In this document: positions 17,437 through 30,982 of the stretch, piece after piece | How positions within the stretch are numbered: the first letter of the stretch is position 1 | Layout of the letters: every line of letters starts with the position of its first letter | Assembly (NCBI GenBank): GCA_030248215.1 | Contig: JASANG010000621.1 | Coordinates: forward strand, 248,001-312,000 | Origin: Enoplolaimus lenunculus | Taxonomy: Eukaryota | DNA length: 64,000 nt | Reading direction: 5' to 3' | Translations under genes and position numbers: made by a program | Notes under the pieces: generated by a model | Told to the model about the DNA's origin: nothing | Database searches by the model: none | The model's input: the letters and a program-made list of their open reading frames with translations, nothing else

Positions 17437-19854
17437 AGGGATACTCAAAGTTGCCTTATATTTTTTAAAATGAAAATATGCTTTGTTTATGCTTTGAAAT
17501 GTGAATTTAGCAGGTACTGCTTTTAAGGTGTGATTGCTTCTAAAGGCAGATTGGTTTTGAAGCTATATACGTGAGAGATATTTAAAGATGCGACGTGAAA
17601 TAAGACAATTAGTGAAAAAATTTAAAAGGCAGAAACATAAAACAGGGAAGTGATTAATTTTTTAATTATCCAGATAAAATCATTGTAAAAGCAAGTTTAT
17701 TATAATGTGACAGTTTGGGTGTGACCAATTGGTCAGTGTTTCTCCACTACTGCTTTATTATCATTATTATTTAGATTGATCCTGCGGTTCGAGCGATTTT
17801 ACCGCAAGAAACACCAATCACGTATAATTTTTTATGAAATACGATTTCGTGGCAGTAGAATTTTGTTGCAGAACAAAAATTTCGCTATTCAAAATACGTT
17901 TACGACAATCTTGGCCGTGTAGGCTGTTTACCGCGACCGGCTGGCTCGGACGTACCCCGACTGGCCGTCCGGTGGCCGGTTGCACCTCTGTACTAAGTCT
18001 AAAGCCAAGCGTACTACAAAGAGTATGAGCCAGTGGTAAAATGCAAAATTGAGTCTTCAGCCGGAGGACAGATGATATATAACTTGTCTAAACTTTTTAG
18101 CAAAATTTTTTAGGGACACAATGGGAGAGCTTGGGCCTTAAGTGAAATTTTTCAATAAATTTTGGACGCAGGATGATCAAGAAAGATCATGAGAAGCTAA
18201 AATTTACACAAACATTTCAAAGCTTATCATTTTTTGGCAAACGCCGGCTGGATAATAGCTGAAAAGATCCAAGTATTAAAGTATAGACCTAACCAGAACT
18301 CAATTAATACATAGTTTATTTTGTCAGAAGAACCACCTCAAAACATTAGGCGGCAACAAAAACTTAACCAGTTTTTCTTTTCGAGTGAGACTCGAAAAGG
18401 TTTTCCCATTTATATTTTCCATTTTAGTTTCGATAAATTATTGTTTGTTGAGTATAATAAATAATTATTTTCATATATTGTGGCAACAAAATACAGGGTT
18501 TCACCAGAATCCTTGTAAAAATGTGAAATTATAGTACAGTTGAAGCATCTTCCAGCTAAAAAATTTTAATTCCTGTTCGTTCAAAATTTGATTCCGATTG
18601 GAGCCCTGTAAAATACTTAAGTAACAATCTCGTTGTTGTAGCGATTATTTTTGTGCGAGAAGGTACCAACTTCAAAAAAGGTTTTTTGTGAACGAGGGTA
18701 ACGAGCGATGATCTTTTTGCCCCTTAGCAGAGAATATAGTTTGCACATGAAACTATGCTTATCTTTCATTTCCCTCAAAATTCCAGAGTTATCCCCCTGT
18801 AGCCTTCTCTCACTTATACAGCTGATCAGCGTATATTTTTCATTACTATATGAAGACTCAAAATAATGAATAGTTTTCAAGAGCACTTTATTTTTATTTT
18901 TCCTAAACTGCTCCCACGCTGGGATACTGGTTTAGTCTCGTTTATAATTTAACCTATTGACGAGTATGGAGTAGAGGTTTTGATATATATTATGTTTTTC
19001 AAACACAATTCCATTGTAGCAAGTACATTTTTCAAACTGCCGGATGTTAAAGCGGGAACATCGCAGGCTATGGCCTCTCGACAAAGTCAAAATCATAATT
19101 TTGTTAGGAATTAGTACTAATGTTGCGGTTGGATCTCACTCACTAAGCTCGCAAGTTTTTTTCGCTCGCCGTCTACCAGGTTGGTATTTTACGTGTCATA
19201 AATTAATAAATTTGGGACAAGAACGAAAAATTGATTGCAGTTTTTATAACACTTGAGTACAACTTGAGGTATGGTGTAGGAACTGGTGAAAAACAACGGT
19301 AGGTTTGCAGGAAGAAAGGTTTTTCTGTTTCAAATGAAAGGCAGTCGGTGTTATGTCGCTCACACGTTACCATACGTGCGCTCGGCACATCCATCGTCCC
19401 CCTATACTGTTTTAAAAAGGCTAGCTATACTGTTATTGCGTAACTGTGTGTGGAAATTTAATCTCTGAATAAAAAATGTCCGCATAGAGTTTATTTCATT
19501 GACGGACATTTTGTATACAGTTTGCGCATTATGTTAATATGTCCTAGACAGTGTCACTGCAAACCAGTTTTGTCCGGATAGAGTTTCCGTGAAACTCTAT
19601 GATGTCCGCGAATGGCGGTGATACTATTGGAAAATGAAGGGTTTCGATAAAACATAAGCCAGACAAGCTATTAAATTTCTATTGGGAGGGGACATTTTGT
19701 GTGCCGAGTGCACGTATGGTAACGTGTGAGTGACATTAGAAAACAATTATTTTGTAGAATTATATAAATTAGATTTGAGCGCGGAATAATCAAATCAGTT
19801 CATAAAAAGTCAAAATATACAATATCATTAAATCATATTTCAGGCGGTACAGGC

Positions 19855-19980
19855 TAATGGCGGATTGAACAAAGGCAGCAAGAAGGCGAGCGCCATTTTA
19901 GCAGTTAACTTTAACACAAAACCTCGGTTTTGAATTCTCTTCGGGAACGTAGGCCTGCGCCCCTCCTCGGCTCGCCAGTG
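19855..19980. mobile_element. Small hAT-type MITE (CAGTGGCG-related ends)
   Basis: TAATGGCGGA...TCGCCAGTG with flanks GTACAGGC/GTCGAGGC (6/8). Confidence 0.55.
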
Positions 19981-21316
19981 GTCGAGGCTCGAGATGATGT
20001 GGAAAAATTATTATACCTAAAAAATGTCTGACCTACATGCCCCATTGCCCTTCTTTCATAAACTATTTATAGACAAACAGATAAATAGATATGTAGATCA
20101 TCATATCAAAGCCGGTGGGTCCACAATTTTATATCAACATGGAGGCTGTTACATAATTTAGCAGCTAATCAAATCCGGATTTAATTTTCGAGTTAAATCA
20201 GACGTTGGCTGCTGCACCAATGCCGTTTAGATTGGCTAATATACCTATGCGCAGACCCGTGGCCAGCTCAATATTGGTCCCGTATGGCCATCAAAAATTC
20301 GGTTGTAGGTTGGGAATAAATGGAGCTCACATTACTTACAAACGGAGCTAAATTGATTTAGGGGAAACGACAAAATTTCCAAACGTGCCGTGTTCCCCTA
20401 TACCCAGACCCCACTAAGTACTAGGGCACGTATACAAGTCTCTTTATGTGCAATTCCCAATTTGTCACCGATCGATGTATTCTCATACTGCGCCGGCCGG
20501 ACTAAATATTGTGTTGACATTAAAATTCAACGTGAAATATGTATAAAAGTATTTCTCTTTCTATTTTCAAATTCGCAATTCTATACTCTATCATTTAATC
20601 GGATTCGCTTGATAAACAGCTATAACAAATGAATAATATTGAGTTGTTTAAATTCTAATTGGGGGTGACTATGGTACCAGCGGATCAAAAGGGGCATATC
20701 AAAGTTATGACTTCCTACAGGAATCAGATAACTCACTGAACTTGCACAAAACCAATATTTTGTATTGACATTCGGTACAAAAATTGCGATTCACTTGTCG
20801 CTTGATGATGCGCTCGTAGGTTTTTTGCGGTTGCCTAATGTGCGGCGGATAATGATGACTCCGCCACTGGGTGTATGATTGAACCAGTTTTGTTTATGTA
20901 TTTAAGCGTTTCAATTTTTTAAGATATTTATCTTTGTCGCGATCTACTCACTCGGTTCATTTCATTCCATAATTTTAACTCTAAAAATTTTGAAAGTTCA
21001 ATTTTTCAGGTATTTAATTTTTGGTCTATGGCGGAAACTATAATAGACGCAGTTTTAGAAAGATTTGGTGTCCGAATGTCGAATATGCTTAACAGAAATG
21101 TTTGGAGCGCATGATTTCCAACCCCCCATGAAATGGTTCTCACGTTCGTGCAACAAAAGAACTACTATCTGGACCAGTATCTTATAGTAGCTTTGTTAGT
21201 GCTGGTGGGCGTAGACTTTTTACATTTAAAAATGTTAACTTTTCGGTAAAGACAGAAGGCTGTTTAAAGGAAAACAACAAATGGCTCCAAACTTAATTAA
21301 ATTAATAGCACTAGCC

Positions 21317-21458
21317 AGCTCTTGTACTTTTCCCAACAAACTTTTTATTTACACTCAATCTCGGGCTTAGACTTAGGATTTGTAATTGTCTTAAGCCTCC
21401 GCATTTTTCTAAAGCCTGAACCTTTACTTTAAATATAGAACGGAAATGTACAAGAGCT
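21317..21458. mobile_element. MITE with degenerate TTAGGC/GCCTAA core
   Basis: 17-bp inverted ends AGCTCTTGTACTTTTCC / GGAAATGTACAAGAGCT (1 mismatch). Confidence 0.7.
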
Positions 21459-21908
21459 CGTAGCCCTTATTATTCAAAATACTCCTATAATTTCTACGAT
21501 GATTTAGTCTAATAAATGCTTTTGCTACTCAAATATTCACTAATATTTGCTTTTACCTTACTACATGCCGTAGGGTCATGAAAATTGATACTTTAACAGG
21601 ATGTTTATTGTCTGTCGGCAACAACTAGTACTGTAAACAAAAAATTTTAAATTTTCAAAATTTTCAACTCAAATTCAAAACTAACATTTACAGACGTTGC
21701 GAACGGGTAAAATTCAGAAGCGCCGCAATTGTGGAGAGGTGACTGTGTTCCCAGGGTTCAAAGTGTACAGAGCCGTAGCTGACTTGTTTACATTGAAGGT
21801 GAAATTTGCGTGGATCAATTATTAAAACTCTAAAATAACTAACTGGAAAAATTTAATTACTATGACGTTCAAACATTAATTCATATATATACAAAGCATT
21901 GCATATAT

Positions 21909-22523
21909 GACCTTTTCTGTTATCCCCCAGCCCACGTGCCCAAAAATGGTTCGATTTTGAAAATTTTGCATATTAGAGGTTCTCATGACCTCTCCGATCA
22001 TTTCACGCCTTTAAAACATGGGTCTTTTCCGTTATTTTCCAGCCCGCGTTTGCCCAAAAATGGTTCGACGACCCATACAATTGTCGTCAAAAACTTGGGG
22101 AATTTATATACCGTTTGATGCAGCTTGCGAAGCTGAGTTGAATGGTGTTAACTTTTTTAGATTCAGACGATTGGTTACCGAGTTATTTCAAATAACTGAT
22201 TTGGCACGCTGCTAACGATTTGGGACAGCACCAAATTAGTTATGTGACCATAATGCTTTAACCAATTGTCTAATTACGGAAAATTTATCACCGATCAACT
22301 CATCTGTGCAAACTTCATTTAATGATATGTATTTATCAAACTTTTTGACAAAAATTATTTGGGTCACAAGGAAGGGCCCTCGAAACCTTAAAAATGGAAT
22401 TTTTCAAAAATTCAAATTCAGTTGAGGAATGATCAGTGGAGGACATATGCTCAAACAAGCAAAAGTTTGTAAAGTCAACGATTTTTGGTTAAACGTGAGC
22501 TGGGGGGATAGCGGAAAAGAGCC
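21909..22523. mobile_element. ~0.6-kb non-autonomous TIR element, superfamily undetermined
   Basis: CCTTTTCTGTTATCCCCCAGCCCACGT versus reverse complement of right end CTCTTTTCCGCTATCCCCCCAGCTCACGT; internal repeat of GCCCAAAAATGGTTCGA. Confidence 0.75.
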
Positions 22524-22873
22524 GAAAACATAGGGTAACCAAATACTGATGTCGGGACGGTACAACTGCATTTAAAGTGTCTCGAAGGGTTTCTAACGCA
22601 TGCTTAAGTAATTTATCTTATAATATCATTAAAGTTAAAGCTATATTTCTGCCCTGGGGCCAAAAATCGATGGTTAAGCTTGAATGTTTTACAATTAATT
22701 AGCATTCAATTTTCTCTAAAGCATTGGTAATCCCGACACCCGCACAACTTTTAACATCGTGTGCAGATTTTTTAGAATTTTTACCAGATCCTTAAAAACG
22801 ACATGAAATTGCTATCGTTTCAGCTGCGCTCAACAAAATGGAACGCTATTCTACATAAGCGACATAGCACAAT

Positions 22874-23064
22874 CATTGCCGGAGCAAGCAGGGGTCGGTG
22901 CTTGCCCCATATTCAAGGGTGGGGCCCCCAACCTCGCGAACGAAGCGAGCGAGAAGCCAGACACAATGTAAACCTTCAGCGGGTTTTGTTTCAACCGGTT
23001 AGGTTGGGCCACTTAGAGGCGGGGCCCCACCAAATGGGGGTATAGGGTGGCTGCTCCGGCCCTG
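22874..23064. mobile_element. hAT-type MITE, CAGGGCCGGAGCAGC family
   Basis: Ends CATTGCCGGAGCA / TGCTCCGGCCCTG; TSD AGCACAAT/AACACAAT; relatives at ~52314-52400 and 58725-58867. Confidence 0.8.
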
Positions 23065-25535
23065 AACACAATATGCTAAGTTTCAATCACCACTGACTCA
23101 TTTATTTTGATGCTTTGTCTCGACTTGCGATGATATTCACATTAGCAATATAATGACAAACAATTGTCAATGTTATAAATGCAAACGATTTGCAGATTTC
23201 GTTCCAAAATTGTTTTTGCAAATTATCGATAAAATCCGATATATCCGGTTCCGGCTTAAGCATGCACAGTTAAGCAGAAAGTATAGTCGGAAGAGTTTTC
23301 AAATCCGAAAAACCTGGGATATCGCTTTTATAGTATAGCAGAATTTATCAAGCAACGCTCTGCATCCTTGCGTCATATTTTAGTTTAGTATATTTTATGA
23401 TGTTTTTTGAATGAAGGACCAAAGAAAAAGAAAATGTCACGACTCGGCGAAATTGTTACTCGTCTTTAAGCCATTTCTAGATCTTGATTCAGCCTTTTGC
23501 ATGTGTGTCGCCATTGAATTTATGTGCATTCCTCCGAATCAACTAAATGTTATATAATCCTTTAACAAAGAGCGGTTGAGCGAAATCGCCGCTGCGCTCG
23601 GCGTACGTATTCGCCACAATAGTAAAATTTCGAGAATTTTATGTTAACGAAATTTCGTCTCCAAAAGAACCATTTTTTCGTTCAGTATAACAAAAAACCC
23701 AGCTGTTGGTGAAACTGTTACTCAATCGACTATGTATGGTCGTAACTTAGTTTAGATATAAGTTGCACTTGTCCCGTTCTAACTCGGATTATATATACAG
23801 CAAGAATTCGTCACAGTTATGGAGCGCTTATGTGTTGGTTATAAATTAGTTTAAAATTTTCCCTGGTAAAGCATTCTATGTCCTGTCAGTACAGGCTTTT
23901 GTTGACCATTCGACAAGCTTGTGGGCTGGCAAAATCTGATTCGGCTAATCCTTTATCAGACGTGGACCACAGCTCATACAGTTTGCGGCAGACGATAAAA
24001 TATTCCTACGCTGACTATCAAATATTTAAATTAAGGTGTTCCAACTTTTACCCGCTAGTTATGTAGCCTTATGTAAAATCACATTTATCAATCACAGCCC
24101 AGCACAAGGTCTATGACTGATCTTAGACGACGGGTTGCATTTGATTCTATAGGTGTGTTTATATTTTTGGTTCCTTTATCACACAAACGGTTGTGAGAAA
24201 CAGTGTATAGTTTTCGAGAAGTTGCATTGTTCCAGGGTGTAATCCATGAAAGATTAGATTAGGATAACAACGATTTGTTTTAAGATTTGATATGTTGCGT
24301 CTATCCCACTGCATTTTACATGCATGTATCCCATCACTCTACGCAAAACTTACAGCATTTTGAATTCTAAAGTATCTAAAATTTTAATAGTTTCAAATAC
24401 CTTTCGCAAAATCTTCTAAGAACATACATTTAAGATCGCTAAGCCAAAAAATTGACAACGGAAATCTGAAAATTGACTTTTTCTGCAGTATTTATTACAC
24501 AAAATTTTCTGTAGGTACATCTCAGTGCTTTGTTTTGACTGCTTTCAAACTGTGTTCCCCAAAGGGTGTTATTCTTTCGACCACTCCTCCAAATAGTAAT
24601 GTGCTATTACAAGTATTAAGGCATTAGCATGCATGCAAATCATTTATTAACTGACAAATAAACGCCACTTAATCTTGCGTGAACGGTGTGATTCGCCTCA
24701 GGCGTTTGGTCAGTGTTGTGTTTATATGGCAGTAGATTGATTGGGTACGGGTGGTTTTAAGCCGATCTACGTATAAATTTGCAAGCGCTTGCACATTTCT
24801 GTCCACAATTTTCTAAGTTAAATGATTTGCGCAAAAGTTAGGCTTGAAATCAGGACTAGATGTAGGCTTCTACTTAGGTTTTGTCTTTTACGAGTATGCG
24901 TAGTAAGAAGATGTATATATAAAAGCCGATTTGAAGGATCATTAAGAATATGTAAAATTTGGAACGTAAAACTCTATGTTCCGTTCTGTAATAGTAATTA
25001 GAGTTTATCTCCCATTTAGAAAGAATTGTTAGGCTAGTTGTATGAGCATCTTAATATGTATATTACTAATGCGGTTAACGATGAAGCTGTTGTCAACTGG
25101 TTTGTGTAAATTCATACCTCGCAATCAGTACTACTCGCTTTCAGCATATTCCTCTTTTTAATTGTGTAAAATTTAATACTTTTCACTGTTTTGCTGAAAC
25201 AAAAACCTTTCAAACGTTTTTCATAAATTTTGTGGCATAGAAACAACACTTAGGCTTTGTTTCAACCTAATCCCGCGTAGTAATTTTAGCATTTACTGCA
25301 CAATTCTGAGATAGTTACAGACCGCTTGTTTGTGAACATATCGCTAACTGGTGATAGGTGCTATAGCTAATTGAGAATACAACATTAAAGTGGCAGTCTT
25401 TTGATCTTTTTGCAGTACTAAATCGCACCAGAAAAGCATTTAGTTGGCCAGCGCTAATCTGTTGGGTCTGGCTGAGGATTAATATATCCGCAGCCAGAAA
25501 AAAATGTGCGATATTGTAGCTTTTATAGCTCGCTT

Positions 25536-25719
25536 GGCCCATGTATAAAACAGGGATGGATCGTTTTCCGGAGGGGCTATAATACAGTCAGTTCAGGCTT
25601 TAGACTAATTTTTTGCTTAGGCTTAGGCTTAGGAATATTCTCATCCATACACTTAGGCTTAGGCTTAGGCTTCGGAATATGCTTACACTACTGTTCCGGC
25701 CCTGTTCAATACATGGGTC
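25536..25719. mobile_element. MITE with ~25-bp TIRs, perfect 8-bp TSD and TTAGGC-repeat core (Merlin- or Mutator-like)
   Basis: GGCCCATGTATAAAACAGGGATGGA versus GACCCATGTATTGAACAGGGCCGGA (rc of right end); TSD GCTCGCTT at 25528-25535 and 25720-25727; internal (TTAGGC)3 blocks. Confidence 0.88.
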
Positions 25720-28700
25720 GCTCGCTTTTGCAGCGGTTTCTAGTCAAATACTTGACAAATTTTGGCGTGTATACAACACGAGTTCAAAAATTTGGCGGAT
25801 CACTGAATTTGTTAAACATTTTGTTTAAGAACTAAAATTTGAAAACATAAAAAGGAGTTTTCCCACCGAAAATGCTTGAATCCGTCACTATTAATGGCTG
25901 GACGGATATTTCCGTATTAAACTGTAACATGTTGCAGATATTAATATCAACAATTTTAACCTCACACCAGCCATAAGCGATGCCAAGTAAATATTGCTGA
26001 AATATGATATATTTACATTTCAAAAGATAGTTGGACCCAGCCGTGCGTAAAATATGGCTATCACGGGTATAAATGCGCATCTCTTTGAATACATCATAAT
26101 ATCTACAACCTGACGCGCTTATTTAGTTTCGGGTTACGTCTAAATTTAAGGTAAAGCTTAGTATAGAGTGACTCAAGGAAATAAATAATTATAATGCTTT
26201 AGGGAAGCGTTTAGGACCCCCTGGTGTAATTAATAGGAATAACAGATATGTACCGCTGTGAAATTATTATCTGGTGCGTGCAGTAAAACTAACTTTGAGA
26301 TTAACGTCGCTGTGTCAACGGCCAGGTTTCGTGTTCAATATTAAGCGCGAATCAAAGTTTAAGCCCACCAGAAGGCCAAGATCTTGCGACTTTATGTGGT
26401 CTTATGCACAGGACATGAAAGCCCAGGTAAAGTTATTGAGTTTATGGGTTTGTACGGGATCAGTTTATTATCAGATAGAAGCCTGTGTGTTAAGAAATAT
26501 GAAAAAATACCAATAGAAACAAAGTAGTTCAGTTTGAAATTCTAGTAAATAGTAATGAAAATCAAATGGATTGGAGAGCAAGCAAAAAACTTAAAAACTT
26601 TAGTCTTTTGAATCCCGCCACTGGCGTGCATCCACCGGGCCACCGAATGATTTTCACAGCATAAGTCCGAGGTGAGGCCCCATGTTTGTAGTTATAGAAC
26701 TCCCACTAACGCTTAAACAAAATTGAAATCGTGAATTAAAATTTGATTTCCAAATTTCGAATACTTTAATCCAGCCAGTAGCAGTTAATATTGCCAGTTC
26801 TATTTGAACTCTTGCCAAACGTTAGGTAAACCTTCTAAACAGGCACGTGACCTGCTACTCTGTTGCAAACCAGTCTAATCTTTACACCGAACCCCGTGTA
26901 GACTCTAAAAGCCAAGCGTGCGCCACGCGTTCTCTAGCTGTATTTAAATACAGCCGGCTTTTGCATTAAGTCGCAGTATTAACTGTTTGCTTTCCAAACA
27001 TTTATAATCCGGGTTTTAAGTCGTGTGTGATTTTAGATACTCACAGCGAGATGCTTAATTAATTTTGAATTAAAATTGCTGTGCATACAAGGTAGTTCTA
27101 GTTCATGCAAGGTAACAAAATGTTTAAACGTTTATATATTTGGGCCGCTGTAAGCGTTTTCGACCCCGCTTAGGGGGCTCTAGCACACTGAGTAGCCTAG
27201 GTTTTCTATCGCCTTTGAGTCTTTCTGGCAAGATATTTTCGAACCCGACCGTTGTTAAACAGAAAATCCTTGCACCTCTATGCCTCTGTGGTTGAAATAG
27301 GGAATAAATTTTGTCTACAACTGGTAAAAATATTGTTGATCTGACAGAAATGGCCTATAACTTTTTTGTAAACCCAAGGCACTTGCGTTGTTTGGCGTAT
27401 GATTAAGCTGGCTCTGTTTTTAAAGTCTTGAAAAAATACAATCAAGTTATTGGACCAAAAATAAAAAATATCATTTCCACTACCTTAAAACTAAAGGTAG
27501 GTGGTAACTATGTCTCCAAATCAACGTTGCTTTGCCAACTTTGAGTCGAACGTAATTTTGTTACGGTTACCTGTATTTTTCTATTCATGTATCTACAAAC
27601 TGCGTAGTAAAATGGTTCGCGTTTTTAACGTTTCTTTTACTCGTAAATACGTTTTAGCAGCTTTTCTAGGAACAACTCGAGAGTTAACATTATTTTGGAT
27701 GGCTGTTCAGTTGTTCCTACTTAAAAATATTTTACATTATGAAAAACTAAAAAGTTATTTGCCCTTTTTTGTTCAGATGCATGATCTAACAAAAAACATG
27801 TCATGATACCTACTATGTAATGACACCTTATTGTGTAGGAAGTGTAACCTGTAAAATACTTTAATTATAAAATATGTAAATAGCAGAAGCAATCTAAGAC
27901 TAAATGCGTTTTAAATTTTTAAACAGCCAAAAGTAATACACAGATTGCACTTCAGCAAAATAAAAAATCTAGCGCCTCTTTTACACCTTCCCAACATTTA
28001 AAGGTTAAAACTTAGGCTAAGAGTTAACCTCCGGTTTTAGAAAAAGGCTTAGGCGAATACATAGGTTTATGCTTAGTTATATAATACGAATACATTGTCC
28101 TAAGGTTAAGCGTACCAGTAAAAAAGGGGAAATATTCGAGGGCTCTTGTAGCAGGTACAGGGCAAATATGACAAGCATAATACGGCGTAACGTAGACTGC
28201 AAGCAATCTGCCTCATGGCGCAGTGAGTACACTCTAAAAGCTTTTAAAACTAACTTGATTTAAGCTTAAGCTAATTCAGCAGTATTAAACAAGACTTCTA
28301 GATTAACTATTCAGGTAGGTTTACGCTTAAAATCCTTTAAAATGTCATATAAAATTTAAGTTTAAAGTAAACTTAATAAATTCTTAGGTACGCTTAATTT
28401 CTAAGCTACGTTCGATTTAAACAAAAAAATAAGTTGGACTTAATCTCGTGATAAACTTAAAAAATGTTAGTCTAAGTTAAACTTAGAATTCTAGTTGCCA
28501 AGCCATTTCGGTTTTACTTTTAACGAAGAGTGAACAATCGCTATTTAACAAGAGTGGGCAACTGAGTAAGTACATTCTATGTACAAAAGAATGTACTAAG
28601 CGCACGTTGTGGTTATGGCCTGCCCTTTAATTAGGGGGTACTTACACGTGCAGAGCCACTGATTGGATGCCAATCCACCGAATTTTTTATTAAACTTATC

Positions 28701-30787
28701 ATGCAAGGTCGCTCGCTATCTAAACATTACGGAACGCTACAGTGTCCAGTCGGAGTTGAATAACACCATAGCCAAAAGGCGACGAAATTTGCTGAGATCG
28801 GAGTTGACCTAAGTATAGGTAGCTAAATTTATAAAATGCCGTCAAAATTTGCCTAAATCTCCATATAATCTCACAGAAAGCATTATTTTCAATAAATTAC
28901 CAAACTTTCACTGCCGAAAAAAAAACAAAAAACTCTGACAAAAATTTTACCAGCATACTTTGCTGAGCATTAAGAAACGTTAAGCTAATCCTAACCTATT
29001 TAGATTCTCTTAAGGTGTAATAATTTTTGTAAAAAACTTTTCTAAATGAAAGTTGGGGTTTATTGTGTAATGTTTAAACGGATCACTGTCACGTTCTTGA
29101 TGAACAGACCACTAACCGTGACTGTATCGCATTAGTTGACTGAACAAAAAATTCTGGTACAGAAATTATATGTATATTACAATAAACATTGAACAAAAAA
29201 TGTTCAAATTGCCGAATCTGAAACAAGAAGCACCACCCGAAGGCGTTGACAAGAGGACTTGAGGATTTGTGGTTTTTATATAAAAAGTAAGCAGGTGCTA
29301 AATCGTATACACATTTTAATTTAATCAGCTACGGCAGACGCAGATGAATTGCGTCTACTGACCCAATTCTTTTTCTTTCCAACAAAAGAAAATACTGTGT
29401 TCAGATTCGAAAGTAAATTGATACTGTTTGAAACGAAAGTGTGCCAATAAAACGCAATCACTCGCCGATTTGTTTCGCAGAAAATTAAAGTTTATGCAGC
29501 AAAAAAGTTTATGCGGAATCGCGACCATGAAATTTTGCATTAAACTAAGCCCCAACCCTGAAATATCCAGTGACGTTCCCTGTTATAATCAGCATTAGGG
29601 TTATTGTTTTGGACACGGGTTTACCGGTTTTTCAGGCGGCTGCGCCCGCGTTTCGTGCATTGGTTACAAGTCGGTTGTTTAGTAAAGAGTGTTTGTAAGC
29701 CACACAGGTGTAATTCCATTGGCTCAGGAGCCAATTTACGCTTATTATCGATGGCGCTGCCATAATATTGGACATTTGATTGGCTGGAGTGTGTAAGTTG
29801 TGTTCAGCGCAGTATAATTAAGCTGCTGCGTGCAAACAAAATTTCCACAATTTTTACCCAAAATATACCTACCATGATAAAACCTGGTTATAGAACCTTT
29901 GAGATACAGATTCTCTTTTGCATGTTCCTGCCAGCTTCCATAGGCTCCTGTCTGTGGTCAATTTTATTATACACTTATAAACAGTGGCAAATATATCAAA
30001 ATATTGATATTTTTTGCGTAAAATAAATCTCTTTGAACTTTTGGGGAGTTCGAGTTTTTGTCAAAAAAAAGTAAACACATACTTATACGTGTTGCAAAAT
30101 TCAGCATTGATACTGTTGAAAATACGAAATTTTCCGTCAACATATTTACTAGAATTCGCCTCAAAAATACGCCGCGCACGTTTACTCTATTCGTTTTACA
30201 CTTGCCGTAGCAGTTCCTAAAGCTTCCGGTTTAGAATTTTGACAAAAAATGAAAACGAACAGTTTTCTCGTTTATTTCAATTATAATTTCCAGCAAAAAT
30301 TTCATTTTTCGTTCATTTGCGACAAAATATTAGATTAAACAAAAAATGGAAATTTTGCTAGAAATTTATTGAATACATAACTTTATTGCGAATATTTTCT
30401 AAATATATTAAGTTGTACCTTTTACTTCTTTTCAATTGTTTGGGTTTATTTATTTGCCAAGTATAATACCCTGTTTTTAAAATTAGTGCCAGCAGTGGCT
30501 GATTGAGAAATTTCTGACAGGAGGCGCAATATGTTGTGAACACAACTCACAAGCAAGAAGCTAAACGCAGTAAAAATGGTAAGGCAGGGACCGTGCCGTT
30601 TTATTATAAAAACTTTCGTATTGGGGAGGGACGTCCTCTTCGCCAATCCGTGCAGCCAAGATGCACGTCGTTCCACTGTTCAATGACAACGAGTGAAGGG
30701 ACCTAACGTTCGAACAAGTCTGATACAAAATTGTAGTAAGTTCCGACACAACCGTTGAATCATGGTATCCCATACAGGCTCGCACTC

Positions 30788-30982
30788 ACTTGCGGATCCA
30801 GAAGAATGGAGCGGGGCAACGCTCGTCCCACTTCAGAAGATTTTTTATGGTAAAGGTCCCTACATCGAAATTTTCTATCTCAAAAAATTGACACGTATAT
30901 ACTAGCATACAGTAAACATTGTATTTCATAGCTTTTGTTAGCCGGCCGCCGCACCCGTCAGGAATTTCCAGATCCGCCGCAG
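30788..30982. mobile_element. Degenerate CAGTGGCGGATCC-family MITE
   Basis: CACTTGCGGATCCAGAA ... TTCCAGATCCGCCGCAG inverted ends. Confidence 0.55.

Noticed and set aside
25610..25675. True telomere or chromosome-fusion scar
   Set aside because: Arrays are short, degenerate and enclosed by TIRs with a TSD.
25506..25835. ORFs with LGLGLG/LRLRLR (and LSLNLS at 43251/43714)
   Set aside because: Translations of TTAGGC repeats inside MITEs.
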